A stretch of 32,000 nt of DNA from Candidatus Nanopusillus acidilobi (lineage in GTDB: Archaea; Nanobdellota; Nanobdellia; Nanobdellales; Nanobdellaceae): assembly GCA_001552015.1 (NCBI GenBank), contig CP010514.1:1-32000 (forward strand), in the 5' to 3' direction. Below the pieces are notes generated by a model. The model made no database searches. It was given only the letters and a program-made list of their open reading frames with translations, and was not told where the DNA came from. This document shows positions 17,748 to 26,362 of the stretch, piece by piece; positions within the stretch are counted from its first letter, which is position 1; each line of letters begins with the position of its first letter. The position numbers were made by a program, and so were the translations under genes.

Positions 17748-18341
17748 CTATTTCTTTGCATATTTTTTTATTACTTTTTCTTGGAATGAATTTAATACAT
17801 AATCTACGTGTTTCTTAATTTCATCAAAACTATTAAATTCACCTTTTAATCCTGGGCATACAAATTTTCCATTTTTAAATACATTAAATTTTACTCTATA
17901 ATTCTCGGCTACATCAAATACTACAGTAACAGCTGGGAAAGCCTCTGGATTATATTGAGAATCTGGTATTTCATCTGCTAGTCTTACTATATCTATATTA
18001 TCATAATCAAATTTTCCATTTACAACAATATTCTGTACCTTTATTTTATAATCTTTTGGTAATTCTATATCAATTTGTTTAAATAATTCTCTTAATTTTT
18101 CTGCAACATATTCTATATCTTCTAATCCTTTTATTCCAGATATATTTATTGTTCCACTATTAAATACTAATGCTTTAACATTTTCTTCTTTATTTCCACT
18201 TTCTTTTAATGGTATAATTAATCCAGGAAATGTTTCTGGATCGTATTGAGCATAAGGAATTAGATTTGCGATTTTATCTAATGGCAACTTTACGTTAAAA
18301 TATATTGTAACAACGGCATTGGAAATCTCCCATGTAACCAT
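17748..18341 (-). CDS. tbp: TATA-box binding protein
   Basis: 197 aa with the two TBP direct repeats: NAVVTIYF...YDPETFPGLII and NIVVNGKF...YNPEAFPAVTV. Confidence 0.85.
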   Translation of the reverse strand: MVTWEISNAVVTIYFNVKLPLDKIANLIPYAQYDPETFPGLIIPLKESGNKEENVKALVFNSGTINISGIKGLEDIEYVAEKLRELFKQIDIELPKDYKIKVQNIVVNGKFDYDNIDIVRLADEIPDSQYNPEAFPAVTVVFDVAENYRVKFNVFKNGKFVCPGLKGEFNSFDEIKKHVDYVLNSFQEKVIKKYAKK

Positions 18342-18363
18342 TTTTAATAAATTTAATAAAAAC

Positions 18364-21300
18364 TTATAAAATATTTAGCTTATAAAATATGTTCATTTCA
18401 TATATCCTTTCTACATTGTTTAGACCTTCATTAGAGTCCTTTATTATTATTATAGTATCAGTATCCTCTTCTAACATGTCTTTATATTTCTTTATTATAT
18501 TTAGTAGCTTTTCATCAGCATATATTTCTATATTCGCTTTTTGACCCTTTCTTAATTTGTTTTCCTTTCTTATATCTTGTAATCTCCTTCTTATTTCCCT
18601 ATATAGCCATTCTTCTTCTAATTCTGGATAATATTTTGTATCAAATCCTATTTTTATAATTCCATAATCAGATTGTGCATTTACGTAATCCTTTTCTACA
18701 TTATCAATTTTTATTTCTTTTACATTTAGATAATCTTTTAATAATTCTACAATATCACTATTATTTAGAATATCAAATAAAATGTTTCCATCTTCTTTAT
18801 ATAAATATAGTGTTTTTAATGGTCTTCTTATATTTATATTTAGAATATTTCTTAATTTTAATGCATTTTCAACAATTGTATTAAATAGTTTATATTCTTC
18901 TTCTATTTTTTCATCTATATATTGTTCCTCAACCTTTTGTAGTTCTTCTAGTATTATTGATTCTCCTTCCAATCCATATAAATTTCTTAATTTTTGATAA
19001 ATATACTCGGAAATAAATGGAATTATAATTGATCCAATATTTATTATATTATATAGAGATTTATATATTACAAATAATACCTTATCAGGTTCTTTCTTTA
19101 TTCTCTCTCTTGTCGCTTTTATATAAAATCTTGACAATTCTAATATCATGTCTTGTAATATTCTTCCAGCTTTCCATATTAAATAATTATCTAATGCATT
19201 GTATATTTCTTTTTTACTTTTTTCTATGAAATGTAACATATATTTATCCTCCCATCTCAAATTTTCTACATTTATTTTTGCAGGATTTATATTATAATAT
19301 TTAGAATATTCCTCCAAATATGTTGAAATATTTAATAATGTATTTAATATTTGATATTTAACTTTTATATCTTCCCATTTTAATTTTATATCTTCATATG
19401 CTTCTACAATTGATCCTAAATAGAGTCTCATAGTATCTGCTCCATATTTATTAATTATATCATATGGAGAAATAGCATTTCCCAAAGATTTTGACATTTT
19501 TCTTCCATATATATCTAGAACATATCCTCCGACATATACGTTTTTATATGGTATATCATTATAGTATAATTCTCCCATCATTGCTAAAGAATAAAACCAA
19601 CCCTTAATTTGATCATAGTTTTCTGTTATGAAATCTACAGGATATATGTCTGTTGCTACTGTTGCTGAACCTGAATCAACCCATACATCTAATATATCTG
19701 GAATTCTTCTCATTTCTTCTCCACATTTTTCACATTTGAATGTAAATTTATCTACATATGGTCTATGTAAATTATAATTATATAGATATATTATTTCATA
19801 ATCTCTTGATCCATACGTTCTTACATAGTATAGATCATTTATTTGATTTAATATGTTATATTCAAATTTATTTACAATTACTATAGATTTATTTTCATAT
19901 TTATTAAATACTTCATATAATTTATTTACATCATTTATTTCATCTTCATAATATATTTTATTTTCCTTAAAATATCTTTGCAATAATTTTTCAGCATAAT
20001 CTGTAAACTTTACTACTATTAATATCTCCTTAAATTTATATCCAGTTAATTTTTCCAATTCTTCAACATTTCTAACAAATTTTACATGTCCATTTTTATC
20101 AACCCACATTGGTATTGGAATTCCCCAATATCTTTGTCTAGATATTACCCAATCTGGTGCAGATTTTACAGTATTTATAAATGCATTTTTTGCTGCTTCA
20201 GGTATAAAATTAATATTTTCAAGATCTAATAATGCCTTTGATTTTATTGAAGATATATTAATGAATATTTGTTCTGGAGATCTAACAATTACTCTATTTC
20301 TACATCTCCAGCATATTGGATAATCATGTTCATACCATTCAAAATATAATAAGGATTTTCTCTTTAATACTTCTAATATAAATTTATAATCATCTTTCTT
20401 TGCAATCCATCCTTCAAAATATTTTATACCTAAAATAGTTCCAGTTTCATCTGTTGTATTGAATGGAGGGACATTATATTTTTTAGCAACTTCATAATCT
20501 TCAAAACCACAACCTGGAGCTGAATGAACTAAACCAGTACCTTCCTGTGTATTTACATATTCCTTAGATAGCCAAATCCTAAATAACCCACTTCTTTCAG
20601 ATCTAAGTTTTTCTATATAATCTTTTAATTCATCATAGAATAATGGTTCATACTCTTTAAATTCTAAATCTTTTCCATAAAATTCATCTACTATTTCATA
20701 TTCAATATTTAGTTTACTCATTAATTTTTCTAATATATCTTTTGCAACAATCCAATATTCATAATCATTTTCTTTTTTAATATTCATTTTTACAATTTTA
20801 TGATTATTATAATCTAATTCTAATTCTCCAACATACATTTTTGGAACTTTTATTTTTACATATTTTAATTCAGGATTTACCATAATACCTAAATTATATA
20901 ATAATGTCCATGGGGTTGTTGTCCAAACTATATAATATGTATTTTCCATATCTTTCGATTTAAGCTTTACATAAATTGCATTTGATATTTCTTTCTTATA
21001 TAAAGGATCTTCATATCCCAAATCTATTTCTTGTTTTGATAATGATGTTTGACAATGAGGACACCACCAAACAGGTTTCTTTTCCTTATATATTAAATTA
21101 TTTTCATAACCTTTTGCCAAAGCTTCCCATATTTTTTCAATAAATTCATTTTTAATTGGTAAATATGGATTATCTATATCCTGCCAATGTGCCATATCTT
21201 CATAGAATTTTGTAAATTCATTCATTGATCCATATGCAAAATTAAAGCATTCTTTAATAAATTTATCAACACCAATTTTCTCTATCTCTCTTTTATCTTT

Positions 21301-21591
21301 TATCTTTAGTTTTTCCTCAACTTTTACTTCAATTGGTAATCCATGCATATCAAAACCAGCCTGATTCCATACATTGAATCCTTTCTTTTGATAATATCTT
21401 AATATAATATCCTTAATTGTTCTATTATATGCATGTCCCATATGTGGAGAACCTGTTGTATATGGAGGACCCTCTAGAAATATATATCTTTTATTTTTCT
21501 CATTCTTTAAAATCCATTTTTCATATATATAATTTTCCTTCCAGAATTTTTTTATCTCTTCTTCTATATTTCTATTCCAATTTATGTTCAT
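18364..21591 (-). CDS. ileS: Isoleucyl-tRNA synthetase
   Basis: 1075 aa. HIGH-type motif PHMGHAYN, KMSKS motif present, and the IleRS-typical WVISRQRYWGIPIP. Zn-binding CWRC/CEKCG pairs are present. Confidence 0.9.
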   Translation of the reverse strand: MNINWNRNIEEEIKKFWKENYIYEKWILKNEKNKRYIFLEGPPYTTGSPHMGHAYNRTIKDIILRYYQKKGFNVWNQAGFDMHGLPIEVKVEEKLKIKDKREIEKIGVDKFIKECFNFAYGSMNEFTKFYEDMAHWQDIDNPYLPIKNEFIEKIWEALAKGYENNLIYKEKKPVWWCPHCQTSLSKQEIDLGYEDPLYKKEISNAIYVKLKSKDMENTYYIVWTTTPWTLLYNLGIMVNPELKYVKIKVPKMYVGELELDYNNHKIVKMNIKKENDYEYWIVAKDILEKLMSKLNIEYEIVDEFYGKDLEFKEYEPLFYDELKDYIEKLRSERSGLFRIWLSKEYVNTQEGTGLVHSAPGCGFEDYEVAKKYNVPPFNTTDETGTILGIKYFEGWIAKKDDYKFILEVLKRKSLLYFEWYEHDYPICWRCRNRVIVRSPEQIFINISSIKSKALLDLENINFIPEAAKNAFINTVKSAPDWVISRQRYWGIPIPMWVDKNGHVKFVRNVEELEKLTGYKFKEILIVVKFTDYAEKLLQRYFKENKIYYEDEINDVNKLYEVFNKYENKSIVIVNKFEYNILNQINDLYYVRTYGSRDYEIIYLYNYNLHRPYVDKFTFKCEKCGEEMRRIPDILDVWVDSGSATVATDIYPVDFITENYDQIKGWFYSLAMMGELYYNDIPYKNVYVGGYVLDIYGRKMSKSLGNAISPYDIINKYGADTMRLYLGSIVEAYEDIKLKWEDIKVKYQILNTLLNISTYLEEYSKYYNINPAKINVENLRWEDKYMLHFIEKSKKEIYNALDNYLIWKAGRILQDMILELSRFYIKATRERIKKEPDKVLFVIYKSLYNIINIGSIIIPFISEYIYQKLRNLYGLEGESIILEELQKVEEQYIDEKIEEEYKLFNTIVENALKLRNILNINIRRPLKTLYLYKEDGNILFDILNNSDIVELLKDYLNVKEIKIDNVEKDYVNAQSDYGIIKIGFDTKYYPELEEEWLYREIRRRLQDIRKENKLRKGQKANIEIYADEKLLNIIKKYKDMLEEDTDTIIIIKDSNEGLNNVERIYEMNIFYKLNIL

Positions 21592-21657
21592 AGATCCGAT
21601 ATTCTGGCATAATTTTATATATTTAAAATAAGATATATAAGATGTTTTCTTACAATA

Positions 21658-21807
21658 ATGGTTATGAATAGGAAAGATATGATAATATTTGGGATAATAA
21701 TTTTATTAGGAATATTAACTTATATATTAACTTACTCAAAAACATTATCAGTAATACCATTTATAATGGGAATATTTTATTTACTTGAAAGTAAAGAATC
21801 TAAATAA
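21658..21807 (+). CDS. Possible small membrane protein (49 aa), too short for the ORF track
   Basis: My translation is MVMNRKDMIIFGIIILLGILTYILTYSKTLSVIPFIMGIFYLLESKESK, with two hydrophobic segments. It sits 28 nt upstream of the DsbA-like gene on the same strand. There is no family support. Confidence 0.3.
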   Translation: MVMNRKDMIIFGIIILLGILTYILTYSKTLSVIPFIMGIFYLLESKESK

Positions 21808-21835
21808 ATATAAATGTTTTATTAAAATATTTTGA

Positions 21836-22744
21836 ATGGAGAAGGAAAAAGAAGAAAATAATGAAAGGAAAGAAGGGAAGTTTAATCTTGGTTTGGAAGA
21901 GTCAATAATAATAGGATTTATAGTATTGGCAGTTTCAGTAGTTTTAGGATCATATATTGTAGCAAATTCAATATCAAATATAAAAATATATGGATCATCT
22001 AGTAGTTCTTCAAGTCAATTGCAAACATATTTGCAAACATTACAGCAGGTTCCATTACCAAATATTACAAATATAGATCCAGTATATGGAAATCCAAATA
22101 ATGTAAATGTTATTGTATATGAATTCTCAGATTATGCATGTCCATATTGTGATCTATTTTATTTACAAACATTTCCACAAATTGAGCAAAATTATATAGA
22201 TAATGGAAAAATAGCATGGGTATATATTGTTTTCCCATTATATCAAATACATCCATATGCAAATATATCATCACAATATTTAACATGTGTATATGAATTA
22301 TATGGATTTAATACATGGGAAGAATTTGCAAATTGGAGCTGGTATAATCAAATGCAAAATATATCATGGGATACTTTGTCAAGTCAACAAGATGTATATA
22401 ATGTATTTAATGAAGAAGCTCAGGCTTTGGGATTAAATGTTAATGAAATAGATTCTTGTGTAAATAGTTCGGAATATTATTATCAAATATATAATCAGGA
22501 AAATTATGATATGAATACATATGGAATTGGAGGAACTCCATCATTTATAATAGCTGTAAAAACATCTTCTATTACATTTCAAACAGTTCAACAGGTTAAT
22601 AGTGTATTAAATCAATTAAAGCAATATGGATTAAGTCCTTCAGTTTATACAACTCCAGATTATAGTTATATAATGTTTGAGTTTGCAGGGGCTTTACCAT
22701 ATAATTTCTTTAATAGTGTATTACAGCCTTTAGTATCTGGCTGA
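21836..22744 (+). CDS. Membrane-anchored DsbA/thioredoxin-fold thiol:disulfide oxidoreductase
   Basis: 302 aa. N-terminal TM helix, Ser-rich linker, CPYC active-site motif (DYACPYCD) and a cis-Pro loop-like GGTPSFII. Confidence 0.65.
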   Translation: MEKEKEENNERKEGKFNLGLEESIIIGFIVLAVSVVLGSYIVANSISNIKIYGSSSSSSSQLQTYLQTLQQVPLPNITNIDPVYGNPNNVNVIVYEFSDYACPYCDLFYLQTFPQIEQNYIDNGKIAWVYIVFPLYQIHPYANISSQYLTCVYELYGFNTWEEFANWSWYNQMQNISWDTLSSQQDVYNVFNEEAQALGLNVNEIDSCVNSSEYYYQIYNQENYDMNTYGIGGTPSFIIAVKTSSITFQTVQQVNSVLNQLKQYGLSPSVYTTPDYSYIMFEFAGALPYNFFNSVLQPLVSG

Positions 22745-22748
22745 ATTA

Positions 22749-22767
22749 TATATAAATTTTTTTATAA
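22749..22767 (+). promoter_or_regulatory. Putative EF-1alpha promoter, TATATAAA + TTTTTTTATAA, 12 nt before the ATG
   Basis: Same two-part architecture and spacing as at 5-24 and 13931-13950. Confidence 0.4.
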
Positions 22768-22779
22768 ATATAATCTTAA

Positions 22780-24111
22780 ATGGCAAGAGAAAAACCACAT
22801 ATTAATTTGGTAGTAGTAGGGCATGTAGATAATGGAAAATCAACATTAGTAGGAAGGCTAATGGTATCTTTGAATTTAATAGATCAGAAAGTATTAGAAG
22901 AATTAAAAAATGTAGCAAAGGAATTTGGAAAGGAATCAGAATATTTAGCATTCTTATTAGATAAATCAATAGAAGAAAGAAAGAGAGGAGTAACAATTGA
23001 TGTAGCTGCAATTAAAATACCTGCAAAGAAATATGTATTAACAATATTGGATGCTCCAGGTCATAGAGACTTTATAAAGAATATGATTAGTGGTACTGCT
23101 CAATCTGATGCTGCAATATTAGTTGTTTCTGCAGCGCCTGGTGAAGCAGAAACAGCGTTGGGTCCAGAAGGACAGGGAAGAGAGCATTTATTATTATTAA
23201 GAACATTGGGAATTCCACAAGTTATTATTGCGGTATCAAAGATGGATGCTGTAAATTATGATCAAAAGAGATATGAACAAGTAAAGAATATGGTATTAAC
23301 ATTGGCAAAACAAATTGGTTATACTGAAAAACAAATAAAAGCAATTGTTCCAATTGCTGCATTCTTATCAGATGAAAATGTAACACAAAAATCACAAAAA
23401 ATGCCATGGTATAATGGTCCAACGATATATGAAGCATTTGATATGTTGGATGAACCTCCAAGATTGGTAGATAAACCATTAAGGATCCCAATTGGTGATG
23501 TATATAATATTAAAGGTGTAGGACTTGTACCAACTGGAAAGGTAGAATCTGGAAGATTAAAACCTGGTGATAGAGTAATATTCTTACCATCAAAGAAACC
23601 AAATGGTGTTGTAGGTGAAGTAAAATCAATAGAAATGCATCATGAAAGATTAGATGAAGCATTACCAGGAGATAATATTGGATTTAACGTTAAAGGACCT
23701 GAAAGCGGTGATATATTAAGGGGAGATGTATGTGGAAAATTGGGAGAAGCATTACCAAAATTAGCAGAAGAATTTACTGCAAGAATTTATGTATTATATC
23801 ATCCATCTGCAATTGCTGTAGGATATACACCAGTAATACATATACATACTGCAGCAGTAGCATGTAAAATTGTAGAAATACAATCAAAAATAGATCCAAG
23901 AACTGGACAGGAAGTTGAAAAGAATCCACAATTCTTAAAGACAGGAGATGCAGCAATTGTAAAGTTTGTACCAACAAAACCATTAATAGTAGAAAGATTT
24001 GAAGATTTCCCAAACACATCTTTGGGAAGATTTGCAATTAGAGATATGAATAAAACAATTGGAATTGGACAGGTATTAAGTGTAAAAGAAAAGCAGGTAC
24101 AATTAAAGTAA
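22780..24111 (+). CDS. tuf: Translation elongation factor EF-1 alpha
   Basis: 443 aa. G1 GHVDNGKST, G3 DAPGH and G4 SKMD (NKMD-type) motifs are present. G+C is elevated and the codon bias looks like that of a highly expressed gene. Confidence 0.95.
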   Translation: MAREKPHINLVVVGHVDNGKSTLVGRLMVSLNLIDQKVLEELKNVAKEFGKESEYLAFLLDKSIEERKRGVTIDVAAIKIPAKKYVLTILDAPGHRDFIKNMISGTAQSDAAILVVSAAPGEAETALGPEGQGREHLLLLRTLGIPQVIIAVSKMDAVNYDQKRYEQVKNMVLTLAKQIGYTEKQIKAIVPIAAFLSDENVTQKSQKMPWYNGPTIYEAFDMLDEPPRLVDKPLRIPIGDVYNIKGVGLVPTGKVESGRLKPGDRVIFLPSKKPNGVVGEVKSIEMHHERLDEALPGDNIGFNVKGPESGDILRGDVCGKLGEALPKLAEEFTARIYVLYHPSAIAVGYTPVIHIHTAAVACKIVEIQSKIDPRTGQEVEKNPQFLKTGDAAIVKFVPTKPLIVERFEDFPNTSLGRFAIRDMNKTIGIGQVLSVKEKQVQLK

Positions 24112-24112
24112 A

Positions 24113-24129
24113 TTTTTTAATTTTATTTT
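24113..24129 (+). terminator. Oligo-T tract cluster downstream of EF-1alpha (T6, T4, T4)
   Basis: TTTTTT at 24113-24118 starts 2 nt after the stop codon, followed by further T runs. Archaeal termination typically uses oligo-T signals. Confidence 0.4.
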
Positions 24130-24150
24130 AAATAATTATAAAAATTTTAT

Positions 24151-24191
24151 TGGCCTGAGGGATTCGAATCCCGAACCACTGGGTCTCAGAG
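24151..24191 (-). pseudogene. tRNA-like 3-prime fragment or hairpin (T-arm-like GGGATTCGAATCCC plus acceptor-like TCAGGCC-A), with no 5-prime half
   Basis: The minus-strand read is CTCTGAGACCCAGTGGTTCGGGATTCGAATCCCTCAGGCCA. It has a TTCGAAT T-loop consensus with one extra base, so no canonical 5-bp T stem forms. It is GC-rich within AT-rich surroundings. The adjacent sequence shows no D-arm or acceptor 5-prime strand. Confidence 0.3.
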
Positions 24192-24328
24192 AAGTTAAAT
24201 AAACGATGTATTGTTAAATGTCAAATGTTCAACATTAGATCAAACAATAGAGAAAGGATTAGTAAAATGAAATAAAGTGAAAAATCTACTGCGCATAAGA
24301 TGTTAAAGCATTAAAGTCCCAAGTTTAA

Positions 24329-24448
24329 TTATGCATGAGGTATTCTATGTACTTTCAAATGACTTAGAGATCTAATCTTTCGAATTATTTGTTTTAATTT
24401 ATATTTCTCTAGAATTGGTCTTATTTCTATGATATAACTATTTCTCAT
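24329..24448 (-). CDS. Possible 39-aa basic ORF or gene remnant downstream of direct-repeat copy 1
   Basis: My translation is MRNSYIIEIRPILEKYKLKQIIRKIRSLSHLKVHRIPHA. The ATG lies 34 nt from repeat copy 1, with an AT-rich TATA-like stretch between them. This mirrors the MFS start, which is 37 nt from copy 2. There is no family support. Confidence 0.2.
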   Translation of the reverse strand: MRNSYIIEIRPILEKYKLKQIIRKIRSLSHLKVHRIPHA

Positions 24449-24481
24449 TATATTTTTATATTTCTCTTATTATTAAAAAGG

Positions 24482-24501
24482 GAGTGTTCTCATGTAGTCA
24501 T
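24482..24501. repeat. Direct repeat copy 1: GAGTGTTCTCATGTAGTCAT
   Basis: 19/20 identical to 26172-26191 in the same orientation. I found no other full copy in the window. Confidence 0.85.
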
Positions 24502-24698
24502 CCTATTCGATATTGAATAATAAAATTATATTATACTCTTTGCTAACAATTCAGCAGCAATTGTAAAGCCTATAAATATCCCTACAAATTCAAGCCAGAA
24601 AAGAATTATTAGTGTATGTTCTCAGATAATAACCTATAAGCTTAAACTTAGCTATTAACAATTAATTAAAGTAAAGAGAGAGGAAAGTTGATAAAAGT

Positions 24699-26135
24699 TT
24701 ATTGACTATGACTTTGATCTACCTGTACCAACTGAGCTCTAGCCTCCTTACCTCTTAATGCAGATAAAACTAGTGCAACAGCTAATATTCCTAACGATAC
24801 GTAAAAAGCTGACTTTAAACCTGTTAAGAAAGAACTGGCCACACCACCTATTAAATTTGTAGTTCCCAGGAACACTTCAAATGCAACATATCTAGGAACA
24901 GTCGCAGAGGATACACTTATTGCTATAACGTAACTTAAAAGAGTCCCTATATTTGATAAAGTTCTGGCTAAGCCAGAAGCACCGCCATAAAATCCTCTGG
25001 GTGCATTAGCCATTATAGCGCTATTATTAGCTGGGAAGAATAGAGAAGAACCTAAACCGCCTATTGTTGAAGCGATTATAATAATGTATAAAGGAGTACT
25101 GATTGAAAGGTGTAAATATATGAAAATAGCTAACATCATTAAAGTTAACCCAATTGTAGCAGGTATTCTAGCACCTATCTTATCTGATAATCTTCCGGTA
25201 AATGGTGAAACTAAACCGGCTAAAACATAACCTGGAACTAATAGTAAGGATGCGTTGAAAGGCGATAAACCTCTAATCCCTTGAAGATACATTATTATAA
25301 TGAATGCCGTGGCTAAATAACCCGTTGTTTGAAGAAATGACGCGAATAGAGAATAAGTAAATACCCTGCTTGCTTTAAAAGCTTTCAGATCTATTATAGG
25401 AAACTGCTGTCTCCTTTCAACCAATATAAATCCTAATAATATAATTAAACCGGCAGAGATTAAGTAAATGTTTAATAACCTCACCCCTTCCCCTGCAATA
25501 TCAGCAGCTCCATAGGATATTAAGGATAGTGAAGCCAATAAACTTAGCATACCTATAATATCCAGTTTAGTATTTCTTCTTTCCAGATCTTTTATATATC
25601 TTAATCCCAATATTATAGCAACGATTCCTATTGGAACGTTAATATAAAATATATATCTCCAGCCTACGAAAGTTGTTATAAAACCTCCTAAAACTATCCC
25701 TAAAGTAGCTCCAGCGTTCCAACCTATTGAAGTATATCCATAAGCTTTACCCCTTTGATTTGGAGGAAATATATCAGCAATTATAGCCCCAGAATTAGAT
25801 TGCATCATTGCAGCCCCCAACCCTTGAACTCCCCTAAATGCTACTAGGGAAATTGCATTAGGAGAGGCTCCACAGAGAATTGAACCTATTGTAAATATTG
25901 CAAATCCTAAATTATAAAAGCGAGACCTACCGTAAATATCACCTAATCTACCTAACTGAGTTGTAAAGACCGCTATAACTAGAAGGTAAAGTATGATAAC
26001 CCAAATAATTACGTAAAGGTTAGTATGCAATTCTTGAGCGATAGATGGAATCGCTAAGATTACAATGGTTGTATCCACAGCCGACATTAACGTTCCTAAA
26101 ACGATGACCAGCAACGCTAAGTTATTTGAATTCAT
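24699..26135 (-). CDS. MFS transporter, DHA2 (EmrB/QacA-like, 14-TMS) drug:H+ antiporter family
   Basis: 478 aa. N-terminal [16 protein letters not shown], the MFS motif [20 protein letters not shown], and [11 protein letters not shown]. The length and hydrophobic pattern fit 14 TMS. G+C is much higher than in the rest of the window. Confidence 0.85.
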   Translation of the reverse strand: MNSNNLALLVIVLGTLMSAVDTTIVILAIPSIAQELHTNLYVIIWVIILYLLVIAVFTTQLGRLGDIYGRSRFYNLGFAIFTIGSILCGASPNAISLVAFRGVQGLGAAMMQSNSGAIIADIFPPNQRGKAYGYTSIGWNAGATLGIVLGGFITTFVGWRYIFYINVPIGIVAIILGLRYIKDLERRNTKLDIIGMLSLLASLSLISYGAADIAGEGVRLLNIYLISAGLIILLGFILVERRQQFPIIDLKAFKASRVFTYSLFASFLQTTGYLATAFIIIMYLQGIRGLSPFNASLLLVPGYVLAGLVSPFTGRLSDKIGARIPATIGLTLMMLAIFIYLHLSISTPLYIIIIASTIGGLGSSLFFPANNSAIMANAPRGFYGGASGLARTLSNIGTLLSYVIAISVSSATVPRYVAFEVFLGTTNLIGGVASSFLTGLKSAFYVSLGILAVALVLSALRGKEARAQLVQVDQSHSQ

Positions 26136-26137
26136 AA

Positions 26138-26156
26138 TTAATTGTTAGACAATTAA
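26138..26156. promoter_or_regulatory. Perfect 8-3-8 palindrome TTAATTGT-tag-ACAATTAA between the TATA-like element and the ATG of the MFS gene (operator-like)
   Basis: Read directly from the sequence. It lies 3-21 nt upstream of the minus-strand ATG (26135). An A-rich TATA-like AAAAAATAAATAG lies just upstream of it on the minus strand. Confidence 0.3.
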
Positions 26157-26171
26157 CTATTTATTTTTTCT

Positions 26172-26191
26172 GAGTGCTCTCATGTAGTCAT
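26172..26191. repeat. Direct repeat copy 2: GAGTGCTCTCATGTAGTCAT
   Basis: 19/20 identical to 24482-24501. It lies 37 nt upstream of the MFS start on the minus strand. Confidence 0.85.
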
Positions 26192-26362
26192 ATCTCTCAA
26201 GTAAGCATCATTCAAATGTGTCTTCTCCCCTCGAATAAATTACTGGATGCATGACATTAAGTAGGGCCTGTTAATAATATTAGGGTGTTAAATAAAAATT
26301 TGTTGTGCGTTCAATTTATGTCTTTATATAGAGAATGAAAATCCCTTCAATTAAACTATTAA

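Larger units (their letters stand above)
24192..26362. other. Compositional island (putative horizontally acquired, decayed cassette) carrying the MFS transporter
   Basis: Hand counts of 60-nt lines give 43% G+C (24721-24780) and 37% (25321-25380), against 18% for 28561-28620. The protein is A/G/L/V-rich whereas neighbouring proteins are K/I/N/E-rich. The island is bounded by tRNA-like sequences in the same orientation. Confidence 0.6.

Noticed and set aside
15119-19229. ORFs opposite tmk, aCPSF1, psmB and ileS (15119-15367, 15354-15539, 15720-15902, 16419-16646, 17360-17590, 18675-18884, 18782-18997, 19029-19229).
   Set aside because: All are nested antisense to genes with strong family signatures, and their composition is typical of AT-rich antisense artefacts.
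22802-24037. Four minus-strand ORFs inside EF-1alpha (22802-23011, 23225-23491, 23774-24037, 23799-24017).
   Set aside because: EF-1alpha is unambiguous on the + strand. The antisense products are L/Q/H-rich with no recognisable features.
24151-24191. Interpreting the tRNA-like fragment as a Nanoarchaeum-style split-tRNA 3-prime half gene.
   Set aside because: The known split halves carry a GC-rich leader complementary to the partner half. Here the upstream sequence on the minus strand is AT-rich (...TTTATTTAACTT). The T arm has an extra base that prevents a canonical stem, and no matching 5-prime half (GGCCTGA...) is visible in this window. I kept it only as a remnant or hairpin.
24528-24620. 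Minus-strand hydrophobic reading frame (...HTLIILFWLEFVGIFIGFTIAAELLAKSII-stop) between the MFS stop and direct-repeat copy 1.
   Set aside because: It has no ATG/GTG/TTG start, since an in-frame TGA lies two codons upstream of the readable part. It is only about 30 codons long. It may be a decayed gene fragment from the island but cannot be supported as a feature.
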